NCBI GenBank assembly: GCA_965112155.1
Contig: OZ218102.1
Source: Podarcis liolepis
Taxonomy: Eukaryota
Strand: one strand, 5' to 3'
DNA: 64,000 nucleotides
Part shown: positions 13,026 to 25,704 of the stretch, in pieces
How positions within the stretch are numbered: the first letter of the stretch is position 1
How the letters are laid out: each line of letters starts with the position of its first letter
The notes under the pieces: model-generated
Seen by the model: the letters and a program-made list of their open reading frames with translations, nothing else
Database searches by the model: none
What the model was told of the DNA's origin: nothing
Made by a program: the position numbers and the translations under genes

Positions 13026-13820
13026 AACAACTTCTCTCATATCCATGCCATTTTGTGTACCTTTCAATTTTTTATCTAAACATTATTTACCTAATATTTT
13101 AGAACTATGATCTCCTGCACTGTACTGCTAAAGCATAGGAGTGCTTTCCTAATCCACCTTAAACAAACAAACGTAACACATGGTGAAATTTGCCTACCTA
13201 ATTCCTCGTCTCTCCCTTTTTATTAAAGAGCAAAGCAAAAACAGAACTTTGGCTCTATTCTCACACCTCTAGCATTGCATGGATATGTTTGTGTGTATTT
13301 TAATATTTAGTCAAAACCACTTTCCTGATTTTGAGAGCATGGAAGTGAAATTATATATTGAAACCACCCTGAGAAAGGCATTTCCATAATCTATGACTTT
13401 TCCCACGAGAACAGCATATTGTGTTGTGGGAGATTTGCAAGATGCCTCTACCAACAGAAAAAAATGTTGAGCAATATTTTGCACAATCATCTTGATTAAC
13501 TTTTTTAATGCAGGCACAGTTGTACCCTATTAAAACAGTCCAATAAAATAAATAATTTGAAACAGTTTGATTTGTCTTTGCCTTTCACACAGCCGTCGCC
13601 ACTTCTGTTACCAATGCTTAAGAATCTAACCATCACAAATGAACCCTGTTTTGTTAGTTGTGTGATCAATAAGGAGTTGTCTCCCAGATGAGCAACTTGT
13701 ATTTGACGTGAGCATGTAAGCTTGTGAGAAAACACAGAACTCCTCAGTTCATCTGTGAGATATTAGTAGGTAGAGTGGCAGGGATCCTGCATACGCTGCC
13801 AATGCTGAAATGCCATATTC

Positions 13821-14323
13821 AGAAGAAGCAAAGATCACCAGTGTTGAAGAAATGATTCTTCAACATCAACTTCATTGGACTGGTCATGTTGTACAGATTA
13901 TCGTCTTCCCAAGCAACTACTCTATTCTGAACTTAAAATTGGAAAGCGTAATGCTGGTGGTCAACAAAATGGTTTAAAGACTGTATCAAGGCAATTTTTT
14001 TAAAAAAGTAGTATAAACACCAACAATTGGGAAACACTTGCCTGTGAGTGCTCCAGTTGCAGAACAGCCTTTACCAAAGGTGTAATGGGCTTTGAAGACA
14101 CTCAAACTCAGGACGCAAGGGGGAAATGTGCTAAGAGGAAGGCACACTTGGCAAATCCACACCGTGATCAACTCCCACCTGGAAACCAATGTCCCCACTG
14201 TGGAAGGACGTGGATCCAGAATTGGCCTCCACAGTCACTTACAGACTCATTGTTAAAACTGTGTTTATGGAAGACAATCTTACCTGGCTACGAGTGATCA
14301 CCAAAGAAGAAGAAGAAAAAGAA
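13821..14323 (+). mobile_element. RTE-clade LINE 3' fragment (not BovB)
   Basis: Degenerate ORF with ...HQLHWTGHV...RLPKQLLYSEL... and a frameshifted terminal C2H2 finger (CPHCGRT...IGLHSHLQTHC*). It has a (GAA)n tail and a 9-bp TSD GCCATATTC (13812-13820, 14324-14332). Confidence 0.85.
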
Positions 14324-14407
14324 GCCATATTCTACATAATTATTAAAGGGGCATGAGCCCTGTATTCCATGGCAACAGCTTCAGGATTTAAGAACGTAAG
14401 AACAAAA

Positions 14408-14893
14408 GAATCATAGAATCATAGAGTTGGAAGAGACCACAAGGGCCATCGAGTCCAACCCGCTGCCAAGCAGGAAACACCATCAGAGCACTCCTGACAT
14501 ATGGTTGTCAAGCCTCTGCTTACAGACCTCCAAAGTAGGAGACTCCACCACACTCCTTGGCAGCAAATTCCACTGTCGAACAGCTCTTACTGTCAGGAAG
14601 TTCTTCCTAATGTTTAGGTGGAATCTTCCTTCTTGTAGTTTGGATCCATTGCTCCGTGTCCACTTCTCTGGAGCAGCAGAAAACAACCTTTCTCCCTCCT
14701 CTATATGAAATCCTTTTATATATTTGAACATGGCTATCATATCACCCCTTAACCTCCTCTTCTCCAGGCTAAACATGCCCAGCTCCCTTAGCCGTTCCTC
14801 ATAAGGCATCGTTTCCAGGCCTTTGACCATTTTGGTTGCCCTCCTCTGGACACGTTCCAGTTTGTCAGTGTCCTTCTTGAACTGTGGTGCCCA
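14408..14893 (-). mobile_element. CR1 LINE 3' fragment (young) inserted in the tail of an older CR1 (~14390-15145)
   Basis: ORF 14483-14830 (YEERLRELGMFSLEKRRLRGDMIAMFKY...FLTVRAVRQWN) is the CR1 ORF2 C-terminus, and the 3' end is (ATTCTATG)-type. Flanking AAGAACGTAAGAA...CCTGCTAGATCAGGCC belongs to a second CR1-type end. Confidence 0.9.
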
Positions 14894-15809
14894 AATAAGA
14901 TCCTGCTAGATCAGGCCAGTGGCTGTTCTTATAGCAGCCAACCAGAGGCCTATGGGAAGCCCACAAGCAGCGTTCTCCTCGCTTGTGTTTTTAAGCAACT
15001 GGTATTTCAGAAGCATTGCTGCCTCTGACTGTGGAGGCAGAGCACAGCCATTATGGCTAGTAGCCATCAATAGCCCTTTCCTCCTTGAATTTGCCTAATA
15101 GCCCTTTTTAAGCAATCCAGGTCGATGGTCATCCATGTTGGTGGCTATTTCACATAACAGATCTGCCCCAAATGCATGGCTACATGCAGTGAATCACAGA
15201 CTATTTGAATGGCGGCAATAATTCAAGACAATGAGCCTCCTCGCCATTGTTAATGTGCTACGCACTAGGTAAAATAAAACAAGAGGAAGAAACACACCAT
15301 GGCTTACACAGAATGGACCACATAAACACATAAGGAAATGGGTGAGAGAACGGAATTAACAGATTAACAAAGGGAACACAATCAAATCCAGAAACCATTT
15401 TCACGGAAGGTAATAATGAACAGAAAATACAAATGAGTAGGCAGTGAAGACAAAGCAGTCTTTGTCTCTAGGGCACACTTAGTTGTATCTCACATTAGAT
15501 TTTTATTGAAGATGAGAGGAAAGGCCACACCATCACTGATGCCATTCTAGTGTTCCACACAAAGCCATTTTCTCCCTCATTATAACCAATCAAGCTCACT
15601 AAACCTCCCTAGCAAACATAAAGCCAAAGCCTCCTACGAAATAAGCTTAGAGCTTATTATTTTTACAGCCAAGCAGTATATACATTTTGTTAAATAAAAA
15701 TAAATAAACAATTTTATAGGAGTATGCAACGGCCCCATGATTCATGCTTTTGTCTGTATATGCACTTTTGAAAAATTTCAATTTGTTTCTGAGTCGCTCT
15801 GTCTGCTTT

Positions 15810-16169
15810 TGGTGCTGGAGGAGACTCTTGAGAGTCCCGTGGACTGCAAGAAGATCAAACCTATCCATTCTTAAGGAAATCAGCCCTGAGTGCTCACTGG
15901 AAGGACAGATCCTGAAGCTGAGGCTCCAATACTTTGGCCACCTCATGAGAAGAGAAGACTCCCTGGAAAAGACCCTGATGTTGGGAAAGATGGAGGGCCC
16001 AAGGAGAAGGGGATGACAGAGGATGAGATGGTTGGACAGTGTTCTTGAAGCTACCAGCATGAGCTTGACCAAACTGCATGAGCTTGACCAGTGGAAGACA
16101 GGAGTGCCTGGCGTGCTCTGGTCCATGGGGTCACGAAGAGTCAGACACGACTAAATGACTAAACAACAA
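15810..16169 (+). mobile_element. BovB LINE 3' fragment
   Basis: WCWRRLLRVPWTARRSN...LRLQYFGHLMRREDSLEKTLMLGK, a (CAA)n tail and an 11-bp TSD CTGTCTGCTTT (15799-15809, 16170-16180). Confidence 0.92.
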
Positions 16170-17550
16170 CTGTCTGCTTTGAACTGTGATTTGACTTCTG
16201 AGCCATTCTGTATAAAAAGCAGCTCTGTGTTCCCCATTCACTTTTGGGGGGGTATTTAAAAACAGGTATAATCTTTTTTTTTTCTTTTGGCAGAAGCAGT
16301 TGAAATTTGGAGGCACAGGAGCCCTTCCACAACTGATTTTTTTCCTGCCAAATTGTGGGTCTGGGGGCTTTTGTGGGGGAAGTAGAAAGGATACACTTTC
16401 CTACATAAACCATATTAAGTCAATGCCTTTGTTAGCCTACTAAAACTACAAAATCCATATTGGTTTCATATTTTCTGGAGGGGGGGGGTTATCTTTGGCT
16501 CCAATAGGCAGTACAAGATGAGGCTGTCTCAAAGAACCGAAGCACTCAGTAAGTTTCATAACCGGTGCATTTTGCTTTTCCTATGGATCATGGTTACTCG
16601 ATTGGATGCTAATGTAATTATTCTCCTATGCACTGCAACTTATCCTCTCTGATAAGTAACCAAATGTCTCCTATGATTGCCTACCAATTTTTATTTTTAG
16701 CTCAGAATGGAAAGTGTCTCAAGCACTAAATGGCTCTACATCATTAAAAAACAGATGATGCTGCTGTGCTGACCCAGCAGCCTCAGTTATAAGGTAGACT
16801 CCAGACCTAGTTATGCATAGTGGAGAGGCCCACTGCCATCAAGGGGACATATACTAGTCCTGTCTAGATTAATTCCCATCAATTTCAATGGGCCTACTCA
16901 AGCACACTAAGTCTGAATCCAGCCCATAAATACTTTAGAAAAGTATCAGAGATCAAGCTTAGAAACTGACCAAATTCAAAAGACTGGAAAGTATTCCATG
17001 ATCTAAAAGTTAGTAATCTAGACAGAAATGTATTTGTCACATACCAGTCATTCTTTATCATATGCTCTTTTTTCTGCACTATTCCCCCCCCCCCCCAAAT
17101 ACTGAGAATTTCAGCATAAGGTATTTGATAAATTAGGTTATAGGGAACAGCCTCAAACAGAAGAAGACGTGCTCCATCTAGCCCTGCTTATTTTAACTAG
17201 AAACAGCTCTCTAAGTCAACAGCGGTAATTTCTGCTACTGGAGAGTTAAGGTTCAGGTTCAAGGGCTGCAAACTGCCTGGGATAGATAAGTAGGTACCAG
17301 GCTGGCATCAGGCACATTGTTAAAATTCCCAGTAGCAGAACTAGGAGTGTTATAGGAATCAGTAGAACAGGGCTGGCTTCACTGCATAACGTGATTCTTC
17401 AGGATGAGAATGACAGGGTGGTACTACCTGAAAACGCCTCTCTTGTGACACAAAGGAAGCTTAGAACCAGCGTCTGACCTGCAGTGCTACCATCTTGAGT
17501 TTCATGCTGCCAGATCTCTGCTGGAAGATCAGGATATCACTGGGACAAAC

Positions 17551-18101
17551 TGTCATGGGTCAGGAGTCAGCTTCTGAACAGCACTCTGAAGTGGCAGAAG
17601 GCAGAATGACTCCACCAGCTGAGAGAGAAGGCACCGATGAGAACCAGCTGGCACTGATAAGAACCAGCTGGCATCAGCCTTCTTAAACAGAGCTCTCAGC
17701 AGCAGTCAGATGCTGAAAACAATGCCTGTGGTTCCTGGCCCTACCTTGCAGCTTCCTGTTATCCACCTGGACCCTTGGCTTTGTGATCATTGGATTCCAT
17801 GATCTCTGGATTGTCTACATCAGGCTTCCTTAACCTCGGCCCTCCAGATGTTTTGAGACTACAATTCCCATCATCCCTGACCCTGGTCCTGCTAGCTAGG
17901 GATCATGGAAAGTGTAGGCCAAAAACATCTGGAGGGCAGAGGTTGAGGAAGCCTGGTCTACATGGATTGCTCTTTGCCTGACCCTCGGAATGGACTTCAC
18001 TTTGTATGCTGACTCTATCAATAGTATCTCAAAAGACTTTTATATTCTGTCTGTTTTGCCCCACACTCTACACAGTGTTACTTGGCAATGGGACTATGAC
18101 A
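17551..18101. mobile_element. Solo LTR (TG...CA) with nested hAT MITE
   Basis: Termini TGTCATGGGTC / GGACTATGACA are inverted, with 5-bp flanks CAAAC / CAGAC. Confidence 0.6.
17821..17955. mobile_element. 135-bp palindromic hAT (Charlie-type) MITE
   Basis: ~35-bp TIRs CAGGCTTCCT(T/C)AACCTC(G/T)GCCCTCCAGATGTTTT and a perfect 8-bp TSD GTCTACAT with central TA. Confidence 0.9.
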
Positions 18102-18730
18102 CAGACACCTTTCTAAGTAAGTTACAGCTATTGATTTTAACAGGTCTTCTCTGTGTATGACTTAACTGGATATCACTGGAACAGAAAAATGTGAAGAATA
18201 GGAGGCAAATGTAGCTAGTATTTCATTGGAGTGGATGGAAAAGACCTGCCATCTCATTGCCTCTTCTATAGCTGTGTATGGAAGGCTAGAATCTATAAGA
18301 GGAAACTTGCTGAACCATTCAAATCAGTTCCTATGCCTATCATCTGCATCTGTGTGAGCTTTATTGCTGCAGAGACAAATGAGTGTGTCTTTTTCTCCAC
18401 CTCATCTGGCCAGATGTCACATCAGCCTAGGGTAGAGACAGGCTAGGGCGTGTCTGCTGAATGTGAGTGGGTTTGGTGAATGATGGAAGCTGGAGAGACA
18501 GAGCCATGTCTGCCCCTTGCTGGACCCAAAGCTGAGTTTCGGGCTTCCCTGGAAACCAAGTTGCTAGGAGCCCATCCAACCTAATGTGTAAATAATCTCT
18601 TATATCCTAAATTCCCCGTAGTCTCCATTGACCTTCATTCCAAGGAAACCAAACCCTGGTTAAGTGCAGGCACCCCTGGAGTCTCTTAACACGTGGAGAA
18701 AGGGGTGTGTGTGACAATATGTTTTCCCCC

Positions 18731-18776
18731 TTGTTGTTGTTTAGTTGTTTAGTCGTGTCCAACTCTTCGTGACCCC
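18731..18776 (-). mobile_element. Extremely 5'-truncated BovB (~46 bp)
   Basis: Reverse complement of GGGGTCACGAAGAGTTGGACACGACTAAACAACTAAACAACAAC, flanked by ATGTTTT(T)CCCC repeats. Confidence 0.8.
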
Positions 18777-19324
18777 ATGTTTTTCCCCTGCCTTTCGACA
18801 AATATAGAAAAAGAAAAACTAACAACACTCACAGAAACAGCTGAAGTTGCATGCTGTAACTGCAGAGGAATTTTTCAACATAGGCTGATGGCATCCTTTC
18901 AGGAGACAGCCATGCACAAAAAGTACCAAAAAAACAAAACCCTCCACTTCTGCCTCCAACCCCATTGCCTGCCAGAAGGAAGCTAGCGTACACTAGCAAA
19001 TAAAGTGCATTGGCTGCAGTTATGCAAGTCTCTTTATTTGTCTTGGATGACACAAATATATTATCAGCTACCCCTCCTCCCACCACAACCATTTTTTGAT
19101 TATTATTTTTTACCTTTGTACATGGTCCAGATGCTATGGTGCCTTGCCAAAGGACAAGCATTCCTCCCCCTTCTGTGTACAAAGATCACTAAGACCTCCT
19201 TGCTAAATCATCAGAATTGTGACGTTTAAATCATCCTTAGACCCCTGCTTCCTTGTGTATTAATTGGAGTCTTTGCTCTTGGTTCGTTACTTTAGTCCTA
19301 GGGGAAGAGGAGACACAGCAGGGG

Positions 19325-19325
<1 letters not shown>

Positions 19326-19363
<38 letters not shown>
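19326..19363. repeat. (TG)n microsatellite
   Basis: Perfect dinucleotide run. Confidence 0.95.
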
Positions 19364-19367
<4 letters not shown>

Positions 19368-22300
19368 ACCTCAGTTGTGCTCCTTGCAAAATCTGTTAAA
19401 CCTATTAAATTCAATGGATCTGATTTTAGGCAGAACAATCCTAAGTAATGGAAGCTGGTGAAACTTAAACAGGCTTAAGTTTAGCTGGTGTAAATTGCCC
19501 CTCTTCCACAATCCATTCAGGAGCAGGGCTACTGCTGGGTGAGGCAGCCTAAGCCTGGCAGAGAGAAAATAAGCCTTTAAAATTCAAGTCCAATAAATGA
19601 CAACACCCAATATCCTTTAACAAATTCCACATGCAATCCTCAGGGGGTAAAGCTGAATGAGGGAAGCTTTGTGGAAGATCAATTTACCAGTCATTTCATT
19701 CATTCATTCACACACACCCCTTTTCTATTAGCTATGCACAAAGTGATGTACAACAAATCATGCATTAACAATTTTTAAAATGAAGCGTGTGTTTTTTTTA
19801 AACTACCCTAGCAATGAAAGCTAAATAGTGTAAAATAAAATTAGGGCAGCTTGAAAAACTTAAGATGCCAGAGCAAATGGTATGACTCAAAAGCCTATCC
19901 CAAAAGGCAGGTTTTCAAAACCCACAAGAGACAGAGCCCGCTGGATCTTTCCCAAGATCTTCTATAATTTTGGCACCAGCACCGAAAAGGGCCCGTCCTT
20001 CACACCACCTGTCATTTTTTTCAGTGTGGAGGGGATAGAGAACAGGGCCTCTGAGTTGCTGTTAAGAGTTTGGGCAGGCTCATATTTATTTAGTTATGAC
20101 TTAACCTATCAGCCTCTGAAAGGCTGAGAAAAATGATGAGCCTCTTCACTTTGCACCTAAAATAATTTCAAGTTTGAGTGGGATACACCTCACTGGGGCA
20201 ATATAAAGTTGGGGTGAGACACACCTCAAATGAAAAGACAGCCCTTTAATTAACCTTTAAAAAGGAAAAAAGAACTGGACATTTTGGTTAGGCAATTTGA
20301 CCTTGACTTGTGACCTCAAGGCAGCATAATATACCTCAGAGTAACGATCAAGACTGTATTGCTACCTGGGCTGATTTGGATCCAGCTCAGGTGTGCTGAG
20401 AACAGAAGGCATTAAAATGATAATGGATTTCGGGATGGCAGAGTAAGTGGCTGTGTTCGTGCTCGTCCTTTGCAACCCAAATCAGCTTAATCTTGACTGC
20501 CGCTGCTTTTCAAGGATTTGTGGAATATTCAGATTCACTGCTGTTTACTATTTCCAGACATACTTATTTGGATTTCCACACACATAACTCTGAATGGCTG
20601 CCTAATGAGTACCAGAAATATCTGCAGTAGTTATAGAAAGGATTTTTAAAAAGTTAATTTAGGCAGGAAAGCCCAGCTCAGACACAACATCTGGTTTCTG
20701 CAGACTCTGCTTTATACCCAATTTTCCAGCTGAAATGACTGAAGCAGAAGGAGGTCAAGTCCTTTACCCAAAGTCACATTGGTTTCTCAGACAGATATAT
20801 TTCTCTAGTTCTTAGCAGGGGATCACACTCATTCACTGTCTAATGCTTACGCTTGACAATTTCCTATGTAAGCTACTATTCATTTGCTTTTTTAAAATCA
20901 TGGAACCAGCTGATCAAGACTCTCTAGGGGGCTTGCAACACAACAAAGTATATAAAAAGCACTTTAAAATAAGATTTTTGGCCATTCAACTCCAATGAGG
21001 TGTATAAAATACTCCATAAACAAATCCATCAAAATTGAAAGCATTCCTTAAAAAGGAGGTCTTCATAAACCTTTTAAAGTTAAAAAGAGGACAGATGTAT
21101 CTGAGTAGGCAGTTTCAAACAAGGTGCTACCACTGAGAAGACCCCGCATCTTATTTACAGCTTTCAGACACACCACTGAAAAACAGGACACCTGAAGGAA
21201 GGCTTCCTATGGTATGTTTTAGGACTGTGCAACTGATCTGCCTGTATTCCAAACTGAATTGGGGCAGCCTGGGTCAATTTTGGTGGCCACAGAGTGAGGC
21301 GAGAGTGCCCCACTCCAAGTCACTTTGGAGGTCCAGGGAGACTGAGTTTAGAAACACTCAGAAAATCCCAGACAATTGTCTCAAAAATATTTTAAAAATG
21401 AAGCAAAAAGTCAAAGATACACCATACAAGGAAAAGGTGTGGGGAGCAGGGTAGGAGGGGAGTTGGACTTTGCTTATTGACAAACTCTTCTTCCAGTCCA
21501 AGGCTAGAATGCCAGGGTGGGGAGATGGAGAGGTGGGCTTTGCTTATTGAGACAGCGGTCTTGCTTCCACTCCTCAACTAGAAAGTCTCATCTAACATCT
21601 TCCCAATGACAGTGCTTGCGGGGAGGGATGGTGAAACCTTAAAATTATGAGCTTTCCCTCCACTTGCTTCACTCTTTTCTTAGTTTTTCTTGTGAGAGAA
21701 AGCTTCAAAGAGTTGATCAGCATTTGGTTGTTTTATATTCAGCTTTTCTTGTTTTCTTCTCTAGTCCTTAGCATACCAGTACCTACTCAGCCTTATATCT
21801 GTTAGTTTTCCCAATCCCCTTTACTGTAAATAAAATAAAATGTTTGTTGCCTGGGTCTTGTCTTAGCTATTCAAGCTGTGCTACCAACCCACCTGGAATT
21901 TTGGCCCTATTTAGCAGTCCCCTCTATAGAGGCTACCATGTTTACAAAAAAGCCTATGTAAAAAATAATAATACATTTATCGTGATTTTGATTTCTCAAT
22001 GCAAGTTAATGGGATTCCTAAAGATTTGTTTTTCTGGCTCACAGTCTGGAACTGAGGGTCAAGTTGGGTCAGATTAGGGTCAATATGAATCATGAATCAC
22101 CAAATCAGGCCCTGAATGGGATGCAAAGTGGGGAGCTGTGCACATCCTTACTATGACTGGTGGAATATGGAAGGTATGTTCCTTGAGATACCTCAGATCA
22201 AAGTCATTAGGGCTTGTCTTCTTGCATGGAGAAAAAGTTATAGAAAAGCAACATGGGGCCAGTTTTGAAATAACCTTTACAACTTCATTCCTGGACAAAC

Positions 22301-23689
22301 AGAAAGTTTGACCAGTTTTCCAGATATATGTAAAATCAGAGGTGATTGTACTGGTGTCCCTCACATATGGAACATTGCTTTCAGAATTGCATCAGTAGCC
22401 TTTCATCAACTATTTGACAGTATTGTGTTAACAATGAGGAAGCCTTCCAATGTTGGGTGTTTGTGCAGGAAGATCATATCGACTCATCCCTGGATTAATC
22501 TGGGTGATCCATGTTTGATTGTCACATGAAAAGATACATAGATTTACTTTGTGAAGCACAAATTGCCACATGAAACGTTATGTGTGTGTTGCACTAGGCT
22601 AAAGCCTCAGTGCATACAGAATATGCACTGTTCAAAAATGCCATTTTCCTAAACACTAAAAGGCTGTGGATTAATTGTTATGAGAAGATACAAGATTTCT
22701 TCTTCTTTTTCCACTAGCATGAGCTCCAAACATGCTTACTCATGGGAAAGCGAATTATTATCTGCACGAGCAATCACATCTGGAATCAAAATAATCGTTT
22801 GACCTCCTCAGAGCTGAAAGTTTTGAAAGAGTTCAGCTGCCATCCTAAGCATGCTTATTAGGTAGTTTCACTGAACCTCAGTAAAGGCTTATTTCCAAGT
22901 CAACATCTTTGGAATCATACTGCATGTCAGAAGGGTCAGAATTTGGAATGCTGAATGGAAGATAAAAAATCTGGCTGTAGCCCCAGTCCTTCCAGAAATG
23001 TATTATGTAGTTAAGGATGAATTATTCTGTCACAACTCACATCCTCCCCAATACATTTTCTTATGATGACCCTTAAATGACACAAAGCAGGATCTGTGGA
23101 ATAAGGAGACAATTTTTGTATTCTTCACAAATACATTTCTCTTACTTCCAAGCACCAAATAAGTGAGCCACATAGCTGAAGATGCATTGCCTGTGTGAGG
23201 AAATAAAATTTAATTTTGTATATTTTCCCCCTCCATGTAGGATGATCTGGAGTTCTGTGCAAAGTTTCAAGTACAGAACACAAGAATCCTTGAATTAGCT
23301 TTCACACGACTGTATTCTTTGGGAACAACCCTATGCACAAGAAGTTGGCATAAAACAAGCTGGTGTAAATTAAGCCCATGTAAAGTTACACCAGATCCAA
23401 ACCTCATTCAGCAGCAACAGCTGCTGCTGCTCTGTCTAAACCTGGCAGAGGGAAAGCAAACCTTTAAAATAGTGTTCTACACTGGCTTGCCAGGTCACAT
23501 GACTGAGCTGAATGGCCTTTGGGATCCATCCTAAACCTCCCCCTTCTGGTCCCACTTCTCCACTCACCTCCAGAACTCCTCTTTTGAGGAACTTACACCA
23601 GCTCAAATGAAACAATGAGCTTTGGCTCAGCCAGCTGGGCCCTCACTAGCCTCCCATCAATAGCACCTGGTACTTTAACTTAAAACTAG

Positions 23690-24034
23690 TAAAGGTAAAG
23701 GGACCCCTGACCATTAGGTCCAGTCGTGACTGACTCTGGGGTTGCAGCGCTCATCTCGCTTTATTGGCCGAGGGAGCCGGCATACAGCTTCCGGGTCATG
23801 TGGCCAGCATGACTAAGCCGCTTCTGGAGAACCAGAGCAGCACACGGAAACACCATTTACCTTCTCGCCAGAGCAGTACCTATTTATCTACTTGCACTTC
23901 ATGCTTTCGAACTGCTAGGTTAGCAGGAGCAGGGACCAAGCAACGGGAGCTCACCCCGTCGTGGGGATTTGAACCGCTGACCTTCTGATCGGCAAGTCCT
24001 AGGCTCTGTGGTTTAACCCACAGCGCCACCCCTT
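23690..24034 (-). mobile_element. Sauria SINE (Squam1)
   Basis: tRNA-like head (GGTGGCGCTGTGGGTTAAACC...GGTTCAAATCCC), GCAAGTAGATAAATAGGTAC core and (ACCTTT)n tail, with an 11-bp TSD CTTAAAACTAG. Confidence 0.92.
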
Positions 24035-25281
24035 CTTAAAACTAGGGAAGCCTAAAAACAAAACATAAATAAGCCCTGTGAAGTACTTTACATACAGAGA
24101 AGCAGTGATTGTACCAAGGTCACCCAGCCAACTTCATGAATGACTAGGGATCTGTCTCTGTGATCTCAGACAAGATGCTATCTGCTTCTTTTTTTCTTAT
24201 GGCAACATTACAGCAAAGCCAAATGCATACCATACTCGTTTCATTGTTTGTTTCTAAACATTACTGATTAGTTCACTTTTGTTCATATATATACACTTCA
24301 GTTGCTTTTGTGAAAGAAAAAGCAAAAGAGCCAGCAAATCTGATTAGATTTACATCAGAAAATGACTCCTTTGTATATCCTGACTCCAATGCAAACGGAA
24401 AAACATTTCCACAGTTATTCTAATTTTGTTTATCTGTAAACAACTATGGAAATTCCATATCTGTTGAGGCGGTTATGATTCCTGATGACCGCGTGGCACA
24501 GACAAGAAGTCTAAACAATCCAGAATTGACTTTGGTTCAAGGAAGGCTGATGTAAGCACAAGTAGTGTCTATAGAGGGCAGTTCTACATGTTACAAGGAA
24601 CATGCAGGTGCTGTTGAAAATGACAGGCCTGTGTTGAGTCACTCTCCACAATACACAGTATTCATTTTCTGTAACTTAAGGGAAGTTCAAGCAGTGCCAG
24701 CTCTGGGTTTGGGGGGATCTTTAGGCAGGAAGCTCCCGGCATGGGCTGTTTTTGAATGGGCCCATCTCTTCCTTGCCACTGTTACTTCAGCCCACTTGCT
24801 TGCACGCTTCTACTAGGCCCAGTCTATACATAGCCAGAGGGATGCTGTGCCATCTCTCCAGGTCTGCCTACTGTTTGAGTCCTGGAGAGGGTAAGTAAAC
24901 AGGGTGATAGCCACAAGGAGGAACAGGGCCTGGAGGCTCGGGGGGGGGGGGGCAACAGAAGGCCCCTTGCATGGCTGAGAGCCTTGTTGGCTACCCAGCA
25001 ATGCTGATCCCTGACACCAGCCTATTCCTGGTAGCTTGCACAAAGGTAGGCTTGTCAATAACTCATTCATTGCTTTCTTCCTTACTGGGTGTTTTATTGA
25101 TTGAACAAGCCAAACCCCATTCAGGCAGTACATTTTGCAGCAGGGATGGGGAAAAGAGGATGGCCCTCCATCCTGTTGGATAACGGACCACACTGACCAT
25201 TTGCTGTGCCAGCCAGCCAATAGGAATAGGAAACACAACATGCAGAGGCCAAAGGTTTCCAAAGTCTGATGCAGACAAATA

Positions 25282-25704
25282 CTGTATTTTTCCATTACTC
25301 AAAAACCATGTCAAAAAACTGGGGTCGTCCTATACATGGATAGTGATGGGGGAGGGAGCTGCGTGCCGCCAGCCAGCCGGTTAGTGAGCGCACAATTCCC
25401 CCTCCCCCCCCACAGCTGTGGGAGGTGTGCGCTCTAGGGAGTGATTCCCGCAGCTGCATGGAGGGGAAGCTGCACACCACCAGCCAGCTGGTTGGGGGGT
25501 CAGCGCACTATGGAGCTTCCCGCTCACAGAGGTGTGGGGAGAGCGGTTGCCCACTTTGCCAACCCCCAGCAATGGTACTGCTGGGGTTATGGCACACGTG
25601 CAATTCACCCTTAAAAAAGCTCAACAACTTTGGGCCATCTCCCCTCATTTTCTTTAAATTTAGTTCCCCAAAATAGGGAGCGTCTTATACACGGAAAAGT
25701 GCGG
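25282..25704. mobile_element. Degenerate Tc1/mariner (Tc2-type) non-autonomous element
   Basis: TA|CTGTATTTTTCC ... GGAAAAGTGCGG|TA termini and a repeated CGTC(C/T)TATACA(C/T)GGA subterminal motif. Confidence 0.55.

Noticed and set aside
21438-21886. Possible ERV solo LTR (TG...AATAAA...CA, internal CTTTGCTTATTGA repeat)
   Set aside because: No TSD or matching termini could be established.
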